58,624 bases of DNA from Longimicrobiales bacterium (lineage in GTDB: Bacteria; Gemmatimonadota; Gemmatimonadetes; Longimicrobiales; RSA9). The stretch is from positions 1 to 58,624 of the forward strand of contig DATCLG010000217.1 in assembly GCA_036564015.1 (NCBI GenBank), written 5' to 3'. The notes under the pieces were generated by a model. It ran no database searches and was not told the origin of the DNA. It was given only the letters and a program-made list of their open reading frames with translations. Positions 16,332 through 25,041 of this stretch are shown in pieces (position 1 is the first letter of the stretch; the number at the start of each line of letters is the position of its first letter). The translations under genes were made by a program, and so were the position numbers.

Positions 16332-17729
16332 TCAGACCTTCTTCAGCTCGGCGACCAGCTTCGTCAGCGTTTCCCGGGCGTCCCCGAACAGCATCCGCGT
16401 GTTCGGGCGGTAGAAGAGCTCGTTCTCGATCCCCGCGAAGCCCGGGTTCATGCTCCGCTTGAGCACGATCACGTTCTTCGCCAGATCCACGTCCAGGATC
16501 GGCATGCCGTAGATCGGGCTCGAGGGATCGTTGCGGGCCGCCGGGTTCACCACGTCGTTCGCCCCGATGACCAGCGCCACGTCGGTCCGCTCGAACTCCC
16601 CGTTGATGCGCTCCATCTCGTAGAGCTTGTCGTAGGGGACGTTCGCCTCCGCCAGGAGCACGTTCATGTGCCCCGGCATGCGGCCGGCGACGGGGTGGAT
16701 CGCGTACTTCACCTCTACGCCGCGCGCCTCGAGCAGGCTCGTCAGCTCGCGCACGTTGTGCTGCGCCTGGGCGACCGCCATCCCGTACCCAGGCACCACG
16801 ATCACCGACCGGGCGTAGCCCAGCAGGATCGCGGCGTCTTCGGCCGTCACCTCCTGCACGGTCAGGCCCGTGGCGGACCGCCCCGCACCGGCCGTGACCT
16901 GCGAACCGAACGCCCCGAACATGACGTTCGTGAGCGACCGGTTCATCGCCTTGCACATGATCTGGGTGAGGATGATCCCGGAGGCGCCGACCAGCGCGCC
17001 GGTGATGATCAGCCCGTTGTTGTGCAGGACGAACCCGGTGGCCGCGCCCGCAAGACCCGAGTACGAGTTCATGAGCGAGATCACCACCGGCATGTCCGCC
17101 CCGCCGATCGGGATCACCAGGAGCACGCCCAGCAGCAGCGAGAGCACCGTGAACACGGTGAAGAGCTGCGGGTTCTGCGGCGCGGCGATCAGGTAGATCC
17201 CCAGGAGCAAGATCACGGCGAAGACGAGCGCATTCCCGGTCTTCTGGAGCGGGTAGGTCACCGCCCGCCCCGTGATGACCTCCTGGAGCTTCCCCGCCGC
17301 CACCATGCTCCCCGAGAACGTGACGGCGCCGATCAACACGCTGAGCATGATCGTGACCGCCACATCCGCCGCCGGGTTGGGATCGCGGACATACTCCGCC
17401 GCCGCGACGAGCAGGGAGGCGCCGCCGCCGAACCCGTTCAGGATCCCCACGAGCTGCGGCATGGCCGTCATCTTGACCTTGACGGCCAGGAGGACACCGA
17501 TCGCGCTACCGATGAGGATCCCGATCAGGATCCCGCCGAAACCCAGGATCTGCTGATCGAAGAGCGTCGCGACGACGGCGATCAGCATGCCCACCGCGCC
17601 GAGGATGTTCCCCCGCCGAGCGGTCGCGGGCGAGGAGAGCAGCTTCAGCCCGAAGATGAAGAACGTCGCCGCGAGCAAGTACGAGAAATCGATGAAAAGC
17701 GGGATGATCCCGCCGGCCGTGGCCGTCAT
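16332..17729 (-). CDS. pntB: NAD(P) transhydrogenase subunit beta
   Basis: 465 aa. The N-terminal part is a multi-pass membrane domain. The C-terminal dIII domain carries VVPGYGMAVAQAQ and GANDVVNPAAR. The start overlaps the pntAB stop (ATGA). Confidence 0.93.
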   Translation of the reverse strand: MTATAGGIIPLFIDFSYLLAATFFIFGLKLLSSPATARRGNILGAVGMLIAVVATLFDQQILGFGGILIGILIGSAIGVLLAVKVKMTAMPQLVGILNGFGGGASLLVAAAEYVRDPNPAADVAVTIMLSVLIGAVTFSGSMVAAGKLQEVITGRAVTYPLQKTGNALVFAVILLLGIYLIAAPQNPQLFTVFTVLSLLLGVLLVIPIGGADMPVVISLMNSYSGLAGAATGFVLHNNGLIITGALVGASGIILTQIMCKAMNRSLTNVMFGAFGSQVTAGAGRSATGLTVQEVTAEDAAILLGYARSVIVVPGYGMAVAQAQHNVRELTSLLEARGVEVKYAIHPVAGRMPGHMNVLLAEANVPYDKLYEMERINGEFERTDVALVIGANDVVNPAARNDPSSPIYGMPILDVDLAKNVIVLKRSMNPGFAGIENELFYRPNTRMLFGDARETLTKLVAELKKV

Positions 17730-18022
17730 CGGGTCCCGTCCTCTTTCTTCCTGAACATTTGCAACATACGGTCGGTGACGAGGAAACCGCCCACGATGTT
17801 GATCGTGGCCAGCGCCACCGCCACGACACCCAGGATCGTGTCGAACGGCGAGCTCAGCCGTCCCGCAATGACGAGCGCGCCGACGACCGTGATCCCCGAG
17901 ATCGCGTTCGAGCCGGACATGAGCGGCGTGTGGAGGATCTGGGGCACCTTCGTGATCACCTCGAATCCGACGAACATGGCGAGCACGAAGACGGTGATCG
18001 AGACCATCAATCCTTCAGCCAT
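17726..18022 (-). CDS. pntAB: NAD(P) transhydrogenase subunit alpha part 2 (membrane)
   Basis: ORF trimmed to the ATG at 18022: MAEGLMVSITVFVLAMFVGFEVITKVPQILHTPLMSGSNAISGI, typical of the small PntA-2 subunit. Confidence 0.88.
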   Translation of the reverse strand: MAEGLMVSITVFVLAMFVGFEVITKVPQILHTPLMSGSNAISGITVVGALVIAGRLSSPFDTILGVVAVALATINIVGGFLVTDRMLQMFRKKEDGTR

Positions 18023-18054
18023 GGACTGACTCCTTCGTGAACGGGCGCGGCGGG

Positions 18055-19188
18055 TCAACTCCCCGCCGCGACCAGCGCCTGCGCCGCCGGGTGGACGACG
18101 CTGCCCCCGTGCGTCACACAGCACGCCCCGGTGATTTCGTCCTCCAGGTCCACGTGGATCGCGCCATCGCGGACGACGTGGAGGAGCAGGGCGGCCACGT
18201 TGCGCGAGTACATCTGGCTCGCGTGGGTGGGCAGCCCGCTCGGTGCGTTGGTGAGCCCGATGATCGTCACGCCGTTGTGCTCGACCTGGCGGCCCGGCTC
18301 CGTGAGCGCGCAGTTCCCGCCGGAATCGGCCGCGACGTCGACGATGACGGACCCGGGCCGCATCGCGTTGACCATCTCCGCGGTGATGAGGACCGGCGCC
18401 TTCTTGCCGGGCACCTGAGCGGTCGTGATGACCACGTCGGCCTCGGCGACCAGCCGGTGCAGGAGCTCCTGCTCGCGGCGGTGCACGTCCTCCGAGACCT
18501 CCTTCGCGTACCCGCCCTTATCCTCGGCCTCCTCGACCGTGAGCCCCACGAAGGTCGCACCCAGGCTCTCCACCTGCTCCTTCACGGCGGGGCGGATGTC
18601 GAACGCCTGCACCACGGCACCGAGCCGCCGCGCCGTGGCGATGGCCTGGAGCCCCGCCACCCCCGCCCCCACGACCAGCACCCGGGCGGGCGGGATCGTG
18701 CCGGCCGCGGTCATGAGCATCGGGAAGAACTTCCCGAGGTGGTCAGCGGCCAGCAGCGCGGCCTTGTACCCCGCCACGGTCGCCTGGGAGGAGAGGGCGT
18801 CCATCTTCTGCGCCCGGGTGATGCGGGGAACCAGGTCCAGGCTCAGGCTGGTGACGCGCCGCTCGGTGAGGACGCGGATGACGTCCACGGACGAGCTCGG
18901 CTGCAAGAAGGAGATCAGGAGCGCGCCCGTGGGGATTTGCCCCGCCTCCTCGGCCGTCGGACGCTGGACCTTGAGGACCACATCGCTCCCCGCGAACACC
19001 GCTGCGGCATCCGGCAGCACCCGGGCGCCCGCAGCTTCGTACTCCTTATCCGGGAAACCGGCGCGCTCGCCGGCGCCCGACTCGATCCCCACCTCGATCC
19101 CCATCTCGACCAGGCGGGCAACGGTCTCCGGCACCAGCGCCACGCGCCGCTCCCCCGAGGCTTTTTCCTTCGGTACGGCGATTCTCAT
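18055..19188 (-). CDS. pntAA: NAD(P) transhydrogenase subunit alpha part 1 (dI, AlaDH/PNT fold)
   Basis: MRIAVPKEKASGERRVALVPE..., NAD fold VLVVGAGVAGLQAIATARRLGA. GGGAGAA Shine-Dalgarno 3 nt (TTC) upstream of the ATG. Confidence 0.92.
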   Translation of the reverse strand: MRIAVPKEKASGERRVALVPETVARLVEMGIEVGIESGAGERAGFPDKEYEAAGARVLPDAAAVFAGSDVVLKVQRPTAEEAGQIPTGALLISFLQPSSSVDVIRVLTERRVTSLSLDLVPRITRAQKMDALSSQATVAGYKAALLAADHLGKFFPMLMTAAGTIPPARVLVVGAGVAGLQAIATARRLGAVVQAFDIRPAVKEQVESLGATFVGLTVEEAEDKGGYAKEVSEDVHRREQELLHRLVAEADVVITTAQVPGKKAPVLITAEMVNAMRPGSVIVDVAADSGGNCALTEPGRQVEHNGVTIIGLTNAPSGLPTHASQMYSRNVAALLLHVVRDGAIHVDLEDEITGACCVTHGGSVVHPAAQALVAAGS

Positions 19189-19415
19189 GAATTCTCCCGC
19201 GTCATGGACGTCGCCGTAATCTAATCGACGGTCGAACGGTTGCCTAGGCGTGCCCCGGGCGGATGGCGAAGTCGGCGCGATGGCCAGGCCCCGGCGGCGC
19301 CCGGAGCCTTTCTGTCCATTCGTACTGCTTTCACATTTCGAGGACCGCGCGCCGGAGTCCGGGCGACGAACGACATCGCCGCGAGCTCCAGAATGACCTG
19401 CCGCTCACACGACAA

Positions 19416-19446
19416 GGGCCCCGGGGCGACGATCGCCCCGGGGCCC
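19416..19446 (-). terminator. 13 bp perfect GC hairpin downstream of the ECF operon
   Basis: GGGCCCCGGGGCG-acgat-CGCCCCGGGGCCC, 22 nt beyond the stop of the last operon gene (19468). Confidence 0.55.
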
Positions 19447-19467
19447 TCTCGCGCCCGCGTGAAAGCG

Positions 19468-19983
19468 TCACGGCCGGAAGCCGCCCGGTCCCCCGGCAGG
19501 CCAGACCGAGTCGCTCCGGGCGGCCGACGGCAGCCGGTGCCCCCGCCGCCCGCGGCGCTCCTCGCTCAGCGCGCGGAGCCGCTCCCGCTGCTCCGGCGTC
19601 AGCACGGAGTCGATCCTGCGCCGGGTCCCCTGTACCACGGCCTCGAAGCGCGGCCGGAACTCCCGGAAGAGCTCGCGCACCTTCGCCTGCTCGTCCCGCA
19701 TGATGCTGTCGATCTGGGCTCGCTGGCGGGCCGAGAGCTCGAGCTCGTCCGCGAGCCGATCCAGGCGCGGCCGGACCGCCAGCCGATCGCCCAGCGGGAG
19801 CCCCCCCTCCCGCCGCGGGCCAGGCCCGTAGACGGCCGGCGGGACCTGCCCCCGCCCCGCCCCGGCGCCCAGCCGCGGGCCAAAGGCCAGCCCGCCCACC
19901 AGAACGCCGACCAGCATGCCCAGCGTGCCGACCAGCGCCAGCAGCAGCGCCGCCTGCGCGCGCGGACCGAGTTGGAGCTTCAC
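19468..19983 (-). CDS. periplasmic LTxxQ-motif protein (Spy/CpxP/heavy-metal-sensor-like), membrane-anchored
   Basis: GTG start. N-terminal hydrophobic segment ALLLALVGTLGMLVGVLVGGLAF. Motifs LSARQRAQIDSI and LTPEQRERLRAL. Confidence 0.7.
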   Translation of the reverse strand: MKLQLGPRAQAALLLALVGTLGMLVGVLVGGLAFGPRLGAGAGRGQVPPAVYGPGPRREGGLPLGDRLAVRPRLDRLADELELSARQRAQIDSIMRDEQAKVRELFREFRPRFEAVVQGTRRRIDSVLTPEQRERLRALSEERRGRRGHRLPSAARSDSVWPAGGPGGFRP

Positions 19984-19987
19984 CTGC

Positions 19988-20419
19988 TCACCATCCTTCT
20001 TCGTGCTCGTAAAAAACCACGTCCAGCAACGCGTCCTCTCCTGCTTCCGAGGCCAGCAGCCGGTAGACCCCCTCCGGCAGAGCGGTGGCCAGCTCCTCCT
20101 CGACCACCGCCCCCGCCGGGGGCACCACTACCTCCCCACCCTGGTCCCCCACGGCGGAGACCAGCCCGAACCCCACCACCACCGCCGCGGCCGCCGCCGC
20201 ACTCGCCGCCACCGGGACCCCGCGCCCCGCCCACCCCGCCAGGAACTCCCACCATTGCCGCCGCGGCGCACGAGCGAACCACGGCCGGACATTCGCCATG
20301 ATCCGCCCGTGCAACCCCTCCCAGTCCACCTCCTCCAGCGGCGGCTCCGGCAGCGCCGCACGCAGCGCCTCCCTCAGCGCTTCGTCTCCAAACCGTTCCA
20401 GCTCCCGGTCCTCGTTCAT
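19988..20419 (-). CDS. putative anti-sigma factor (single-pass membrane protein)
   Basis: ORF trimmed to the ATG at 20419 (MNEDRELERFGDEALREAL), which overlaps the sigma-factor stop (ATGA). Central TM segment AAAAAAVVVGFGLVSAV. No zf-HC2 motif seen; the call rests on position and topology. Confidence 0.6.
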   Translation of the reverse strand: MNEDRELERFGDEALREALRAALPEPPLEEVDWEGLHGRIMANVRPWFARAPRRQWWEFLAGWAGRGVPVAASAAAAAAVVVGFGLVSAVGDQGGEVVVPPAGAVVEEELATALPEGVYRLLASEAGEDALLDVVFYEHEEGW

Positions 20420-21024
20420 TCCTCCTCCCGCCCGAGCGGCGCGAGGGCCGCCCGCAACCGGCGCCGGGCCTGGTGCAGCCGATAGCGCACCGTCCCCGCC
20501 GGCTCGCCCAGGATCTCCGCGATCTCCGCGCTCGTCAGACCATCGAGCTCGGATAGCTGGACCACGATCCGTTCCGACTCCGGCAATGCGTCCAGCGCTT
20601 CGGCCAGTCGCCGGCGCAGCTCCGACCGCTCCGCGTCCCCCTCCGGCGTGGAGTCCCCCACCGCCTCCTCCGGCACCGCCTCCGCCGCCCGCACGGCCCG
20701 CGACCGCCAGCAACTGAGCGCCCGGTTCACCACGATCCGGTAGAACCACGGGTGGAACGGCCGCCCGCGCTTCAGCGTATCGAGCCGCTCCAGCGCCCGC
20801 ACGAACGCGTCCTGCACCACGTCCTCCGCATCTTCCCGGTGCCGCACGATCCGGTAGGCGATCGAGAACGCACGACGCATGTGGCGCCGCACCAGCTCGC
20901 CGTACGCCTCCACCTCACCCCGCCGGACGCGCTCCACCAGGAGCGCGTCGGTCACGGCTTCGTGGGCCGCATCGGCCGACCGGGCAACCTCACGGCCCTC
21001 CACAGGACGCGCCGCCGCCCGCAA
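20416..21024 (-). CDS. ECF-type RNA polymerase sigma-70 family factor
   Basis: Region 2 is YGELVRRHMRRAFSIAYRIVRHREDAEDVVQDAFVRA. Region 4 HTH is LTSAEIAEILGEPAGTVRYRLHQARRRL. TTG start with GGGAGGGAG upstream. Confidence 0.9.
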   Translation of the reverse strand: MRAAARPVEGREVARSADAAHEAVTDALLVERVRRGEVEAYGELVRRHMRRAFSIAYRIVRHREDAEDVVQDAFVRALERLDTLKRGRPFHPWFYRIVVNRALSCWRSRAVRAAEAVPEEAVGDSTPEGDAERSELRRRLAEALDALPESERIVVQLSELDGLTSAEIAEILGEPAGTVRYRLHQARRRLRAALAPLGREEE

Positions 21025-21041
21025 CCCGCGACTCTCCCTCC

Positions 21042-21608
21042 CTACTGGCCAGACTGCTCCGAGCCCCGCTCCGGCCGGCGCATCCCGGGCCCCGACCGCG
21101 GCCGCGCCGCCCCACCCCGCTCCCGCAGCTCAGCCCGCCACTCCTCGCGCAGCTCCTTCAGCCGGGACTTCTGCTCGTTCGTCAGAACCTCCTGCGCAGC
21201 CTCCAGCGCCTGCCGCTGGTTCTCCCGCAGCTGCTGGAGCGTCGGCCGCAGCTCCTCCATCCGCTTCCGCGCCTCCTCCAGCCGCTGCCGCCGCTGCGCC
21301 CGCAGCTCCTCCCGCGACTCCGCCCGCAACTCCCGCCGCCGCTCCGCCCACTCCGTTCGCGCCGCCTCCACCCGCTCCAACAGCGGACGGTTCCGCTCCC
21401 GGAGATCCGCCCGGATCTCCTCCAGCCGCTTCACCTGATCTGCCGTCAGCCCGAGCTCCTCCCGATGGGCCAGCAGACGGCCGATCGGGTCCAGGCGCTC
21501 CCTCCGGGCCTCCGCCTGCGACCGCGCCGTGTCCGGCGTCTGCGCGGCCAGGGCACCGGGCAACGCCACCAGCGACAACGCCAGGATGATACCGTGTATC
21601 CGTCGCAT
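21042..21608 (-). CDS. secreted LTxxQ-motif protein (Spy/CpxP/ZraP-like periplasmic chaperone family)
   Basis: Signal peptide MRRIHGIILALSLVALPGALAAQ. Motifs LTADQVKRLEEI and LTNEQKSRLKEL. Highly charged helical sequence. Confidence 0.75.
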   Translation of the reverse strand: MRRIHGIILALSLVALPGALAAQTPDTARSQAEARRERLDPIGRLLAHREELGLTADQVKRLEEIRADLRERNRPLLERVEAARTEWAERRRELRAESREELRAQRRQRLEEARKRMEELRPTLQQLRENQRQALEAAQEVLTNEQKSRLKELREEWRAELRERGGAARPRSGPGMRRPERGSEQSGQ

Positions 21609-21674
21609 CGTACATGACCTCCTGACCTGCTCTACCCCGGCCGCCCCCGCCGGTGCGGCCGGCCTTCACACAGT

Positions 21675-21702
21675 GATACGCGCCACCCCCCGGAAGTGTT
21701 GG
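21675..21702 (-). promoter_or_regulatory. ECF-type promoter-like motif (CCAAC-N17-CGTATC) upstream of the sigma operon
   Basis: The minus strand reads gcCCAACa-N16-CGTATC. The -10-like element ends 66 nt upstream of the first operon start codon. Confidence 0.3.
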
Positions 21703-21958
21703 GCGGAAACCCCGGCGCCGCCCGGCGCGGACCTGTTGGATTCCGCCCGCGCATTCTGTAACATTCCGGGATCCAGGCGCGTTCTGCTGGTCCGGAGGCT
21801 GCTCCGCTCCTCTTCGCCGGCGCCATGCCCGCCCGGCCCGTCCGGCCGCCGGCGGGCATGGCGCCAGACTTGCCCGGAACGCCCCTCGCTCGAAGACGTA
21901 TGGAAAGAGGGCTGCTTCGGGAACGAACCGGCCACGAACCCGTATCGCGGGAGGATCC

Positions 21959-22612
21959 GTGCACGCGAGGAGATCGATTGCCTGGCTGGCGACCTGGGCG
22001 CTCATCGCACCCACCGCCGGTTGCATCCTGATGCGCGGCAGCGAACCGCCGGCGGGCGTGGTCCTCACCGGCTCATGGGTGCTCGACAGGGACAGGAGCC
22101 GGGATCCAGAGCTCCTGCTGGCACCAGGCAGGGACGGGTCGCTCCAGCCCCAGGGTGAAACCGACGGAGATCGCGGCCCGGCGGACTCGCGGGGCGGCCG
22201 GGCGGAAAGCCCGGCACGGCCGGCCACCGAAGAGGCGGCGCCCCGCAGCGAAAAACGGCAACGGTCCCTGGAGGCGCTCCGCGCACTCCTGCGCGCCAGC
22301 GAGCGCCTGGTCCTCGCCCAGGACGGGGCCCAGGTGACCCTCACCTACGCTGACGGCCCCACCGTCACCCTACCCACCAACGGCAAGGCCATCAAACACG
22401 AGTGGGCCGGGATCGGCGTCGTCGAGTTCAAGGCGGAATGGAGCGGCCAGGAGCTCCGGATCGAACGAAAGACCGAGACCGGCCTGAAGATCAAGGAGTT
22501 CATCGGACGGGGCCTGGGGGGCACCCGGCTGATCGTGGACCTGACGATCGAAGGCGCCGGGCCCCGGGCCGTGATGGCGCGCAGGATCTACGATCTCGCG
22601 GGTGGCCTGTGA
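21959..22612 (+). CDS. hypothetical lipoprotein
   Basis: GTG start with GGGAGGA Shine-Dalgarno. MHARRSIAWLATWALIAPTAGC (lipobox TAGC). The C-terminal half has an alternating beta-strand pattern. No family recognised. Confidence 0.7.
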   Translation: MHARRSIAWLATWALIAPTAGCILMRGSEPPAGVVLTGSWVLDRDRSRDPELLLAPGRDGSLQPQGETDGDRGPADSRGGRAESPARPATEEAAPRSEKRQRSLEALRALLRASERLVLAQDGAQVTLTYADGPTVTLPTNGKAIKHEWAGIGVVEFKAEWSGQELRIERKTETGLKIKEFIGRGLGGTRLIVDLTIEGAGPRAVMARRIYDLAGGL

Positions 22613-22613
22613 C

Positions 22614-22635
22614 GGCCGGCAGCCCGACGCCGGCC
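22614..22635 (+). terminator. short GC hairpin just after the lipoprotein stop
   Basis: GGCCGGC-agcccgac-GCCGGCC. No U-tract. Confidence 0.35.
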
Positions 22636-22934
22636 GCCTCGCCGGGCCAGTCCCGGACTCCGGGCAGTCCTGCGCCCGCGCAGCTCCGCCAACCCTGAAG
22701 CCTGGCGGTAGCGCCCCCGGCCTCCCTCGGCGATCCGGCCAGCGGGCCGCCGGGACGTCGCCCGCCCGCGGCCGTCCCGCCCGGCGGTCGGGCGGCTGAC
22801 CCGAGCAGCCTACGCCGCGCGGCCGGAGAGCCCGTCATTCCAGCGCATCCGTTGTCTGGGCGCCGTGGCCGCAGTAAACTCTCTCGTTTCGCGCGAACGT
22901 TTCGGTGATCATCGCATCGAATGGCGGGGCGGGA

Positions 22935-23318
22935 ATGCTGCTCCTTTGCATCGCGTTGGGCGGCGCGATCGGTGCGCTCGCCCGTTACGGCCTCGGCGGC
23001 TGGATCCATTCCTGGGCGGGCACCGGCTTCCCCTGGGGCACGCTGGTCATCAACATCTCGGGGTCGCTCGTCCTCGGCTTCTCGGCGCGCTTCCTCGAAG
23101 CGCTCGCCGCGACCGCCGAGCTACGGGCGCTCATCACCATCGGATTTCTCGGCGCCTTCACCACCTTCAGCACCTTCAGCTACGAGACGGCGGCCATGCT
23201 CCAGGATGGGCAGTGGACCCGCGCCGCCACCTACGTCTTCGCCAGCGTCTTCCTGAGCCTGGCGGGCACGTTCGCTGGCTTTGCGGTGGCGACGGTCGCA
23301 CTGCAACCGCGAGGATAA
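22935..23318 (+). CDS. crcB: fluoride ion channel CrcB/FluC
   Basis: Trimmed to the ATG at 22935: MLLLCIALGGAIGALARYGLG...GTLVINISGSLVLGF...GFLGAFTTFSTFSYE. 127 aa, a typical CrcB length, with the expected motifs. Confidence 0.9.
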   Translation: MLLLCIALGGAIGALARYGLGGWIHSWAGTGFPWGTLVINISGSLVLGFSARFLEALAATAELRALITIGFLGAFTTFSTFSYETAAMLQDGQWTRAATYVFASVFLSLAGTFAGFAVATVALQPRG

Positions 23319-23322
23319 CCCC

Positions 23323-23718
23323 ATGCCGCACCGGTTCGAGGGCGAGCGCACGCTCATGCGCATCTTCATCGGCGAGAGCGACAAGTTCGAGGGGAAACCG
23401 CTCTACGAGCAGTTGCTGCGTTTCTTCCGGGAGCGCGGTTTCGCCGGTGCCACCGTGACCCGGGCGATCGCCGGGTTCGGCGCCCACTCCCGCGTCCACA
23501 CCGACAAGATCCTTCGGCTGTCGCTCGATCTCCCGGTCATCGTCGAGGTCGTGGAGAGCGAGGAGGCGATTCGCGAGGTGCTGCCCGAGCTGGACCGGAT
23601 GATCGACGGCGGGCTGATCACGCTCGAACCGGTACAGGTGATCCTGTATCGCCCGCACGACGTGCCCGATGACGAGGAGTGGCGCCGCCGCACCGAGGGA
23701 CTCGAACCGGAAGGGTGA
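23323..23718 (+). CDS. DUF190 (PII-like) protein, commonly paired with crcB
   Basis: Trimmed to the ATG at 23323, 5 nt after the crcB stop. LMRIFIGESDKFEGKPLYEQLLRFFRERGFAGATVTRAIAGFG is the DUF190 pattern as I recall it. Confidence 0.85.
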   Translation: MPHRFEGERTLMRIFIGESDKFEGKPLYEQLLRFFRERGFAGATVTRAIAGFGAHSRVHTDKILRLSLDLPVIVEVVESEEAIREVLPELDRMIDGGLITLEPVQVILYRPHDVPDDEEWRRRTEGLEPEG

Positions 23719-23845
23719 GCCCATGTACGGGCGGACCGATTTCGACTTGCCTAGGCGACGCCGGGAGCGGGTCTCGGGTCGAAGGGCGCGGCCGGCGCCC
23801 GGGGCCGCAACGCCGGCCGGCCCGGGCTGCGCCCGGGTCGCGCGC

Positions 23846-24820
23846 TCAGCACCGGAGGAGCAGCTTCCCCATCGTCTGCCGCCCCTCGAGCGCGCGATGC
23901 GCTTCCGCGGCCTCCGCGAGCGGCAGGATCCGGTCGATCCGCATCCGGAGTTCGCCCGTGCCCAGCCAGCGGAACAGGTCGCCCGCACGACGGAGTAGCT
24001 CCTCCCGCTCCGCGACGTAGTGGGAAAGGACCGGGCGCGTCAGGAAGAGCGAGCCCCGCCGGCCCAGCACGGCCGGATCGAACGGAGGCACGGGGCCGCT
24101 GGACTGCCCGTAGAGGACGAGGTACCCTCGTGGCCGTAGCGAGCCGAGGCTCCCCTCGAACGTGGACTGTCCCACCGAGTCGTACACGACGTCCACCCCC
24201 CGCCCATCCGTCAGGCGCCGCACGGCCTCGCGGAAGTCCTCCCGGGTGTAGAGGATCACGTCGTCCGCCCCGAGCTCGGACGCCAGCCTGGCCTTCTCCT
24301 CCGTCGACACGGTGGCGATCACCCGCGCGCCACGCTTCTTCGCCATCTGGACCAGCAGGTGCCCGACGCCGCCCACCGCCGCGTGGACCAGCGCTGTGTG
24401 GCCTTCCTGCAGGGGGAAGGTGCTGTGGGTCAGCGCGTGCGCGGTCATCCCCTGCAGCAGCACGGCCGCGGCCGTGGACAGCTCCACGTCGTCCGGCACC
24501 GGCACCAGCTTGCTGGCCGGCACGACCGCGTACTCCGCGTAGGAGCCGAGCTCCATCGCGTACGCCACGCGATCGCCCGGCTTCACCTCCTCGACCCCCG
24601 GCCCCACGGCGTCCACCGTCCCCGCGGCTTCGTTGCCGGGGATGAACGGCGTCGGGACCGGGTAGAGCCCGGTACGGTGGTAGACGTCGATGTAATTGAC
24701 TCCGGCGAACTCGATCCGGACCCGGACCTCCCCGGGCCCGGGCTCCGGCACGTCGACGGCCTCGAGCCGAAGGACCTCGGGGCCGCCGTTATGGTGCACG
24801 CGAATCGCTTTCATCTCCAA
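23846..24820 (-). CDS. qor: NADPH:quinone oxidoreductase (zeta-crystallin-type MDR)
   Basis: [34 protein letters not shown]; cofactor fold [22 protein letters not shown]. No zinc ligand motif. Confidence 0.9.
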   Translation of the reverse strand: MEMKAIRVHHNGGPEVLRLEAVDVPEPGPGEVRVRIEFAGVNYIDVYHRTGLYPVPTPFIPGNEAAGTVDAVGPGVEEVKPGDRVAYAMELGSYAEYAVVPASKLVPVPDDVELSTAAAVLLQGMTAHALTHSTFPLQEGHTALVHAAVGGVGHLLVQMAKKRGARVIATVSTEEKARLASELGADDVILYTREDFREAVRRLTDGRGVDVVYDSVGQSTFEGSLGSLRPRGYLVLYGQSSGPVPPFDPAVLGRRGSLFLTRPVLSHYVAEREELLRRAGDLFRWLGTGELRMRIDRILPLAEAAEAHRALEGRQTMGKLLLRC

Positions 24821-25041
24821 TCAACTCAATCAATTCCCCTCGTCGTGCCCGGCTCGCCTGGACGCCTCTCGACCCGATCACTTCGGCGGAGTTCGGCCGG
24901 TCGCTCTAAAGAGACCGCGCCGATCCACGCGAGCCCGGTTTCGTATCGCGCGCCCCCCAGCGCCCCGGCCCAAAACCCCGGCGCATGGGGAACCGCCGCG
25001 ACCTCGATTCTACAACGTGCCCGGCCCGCTACGCACCCCGG

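Noticed and set aside
22905-22934. The GTG start at 22905 given by the ORF track for crcB, and the overlapping ORF 22921-23256 in another frame.
   Set aside because: The ATG at 22935 yields a canonical 127 aa CrcB beginning with the first TM helix. The extra 10 codons would overlap the structured leader. The alternative-frame ORF is Ser/Arg/Pro junk.
24821-24850. Tandem GATTGA-like repeats (minus strand GATTGATTGAGTTGATTGGAG) immediately upstream of qor.
   Set aside because: It is a short AT-rich leader that includes the ribosome-binding site (TGGAG). There is no second copy elsewhere and no partner inverted repeat, so I do not consider it a distinct element.
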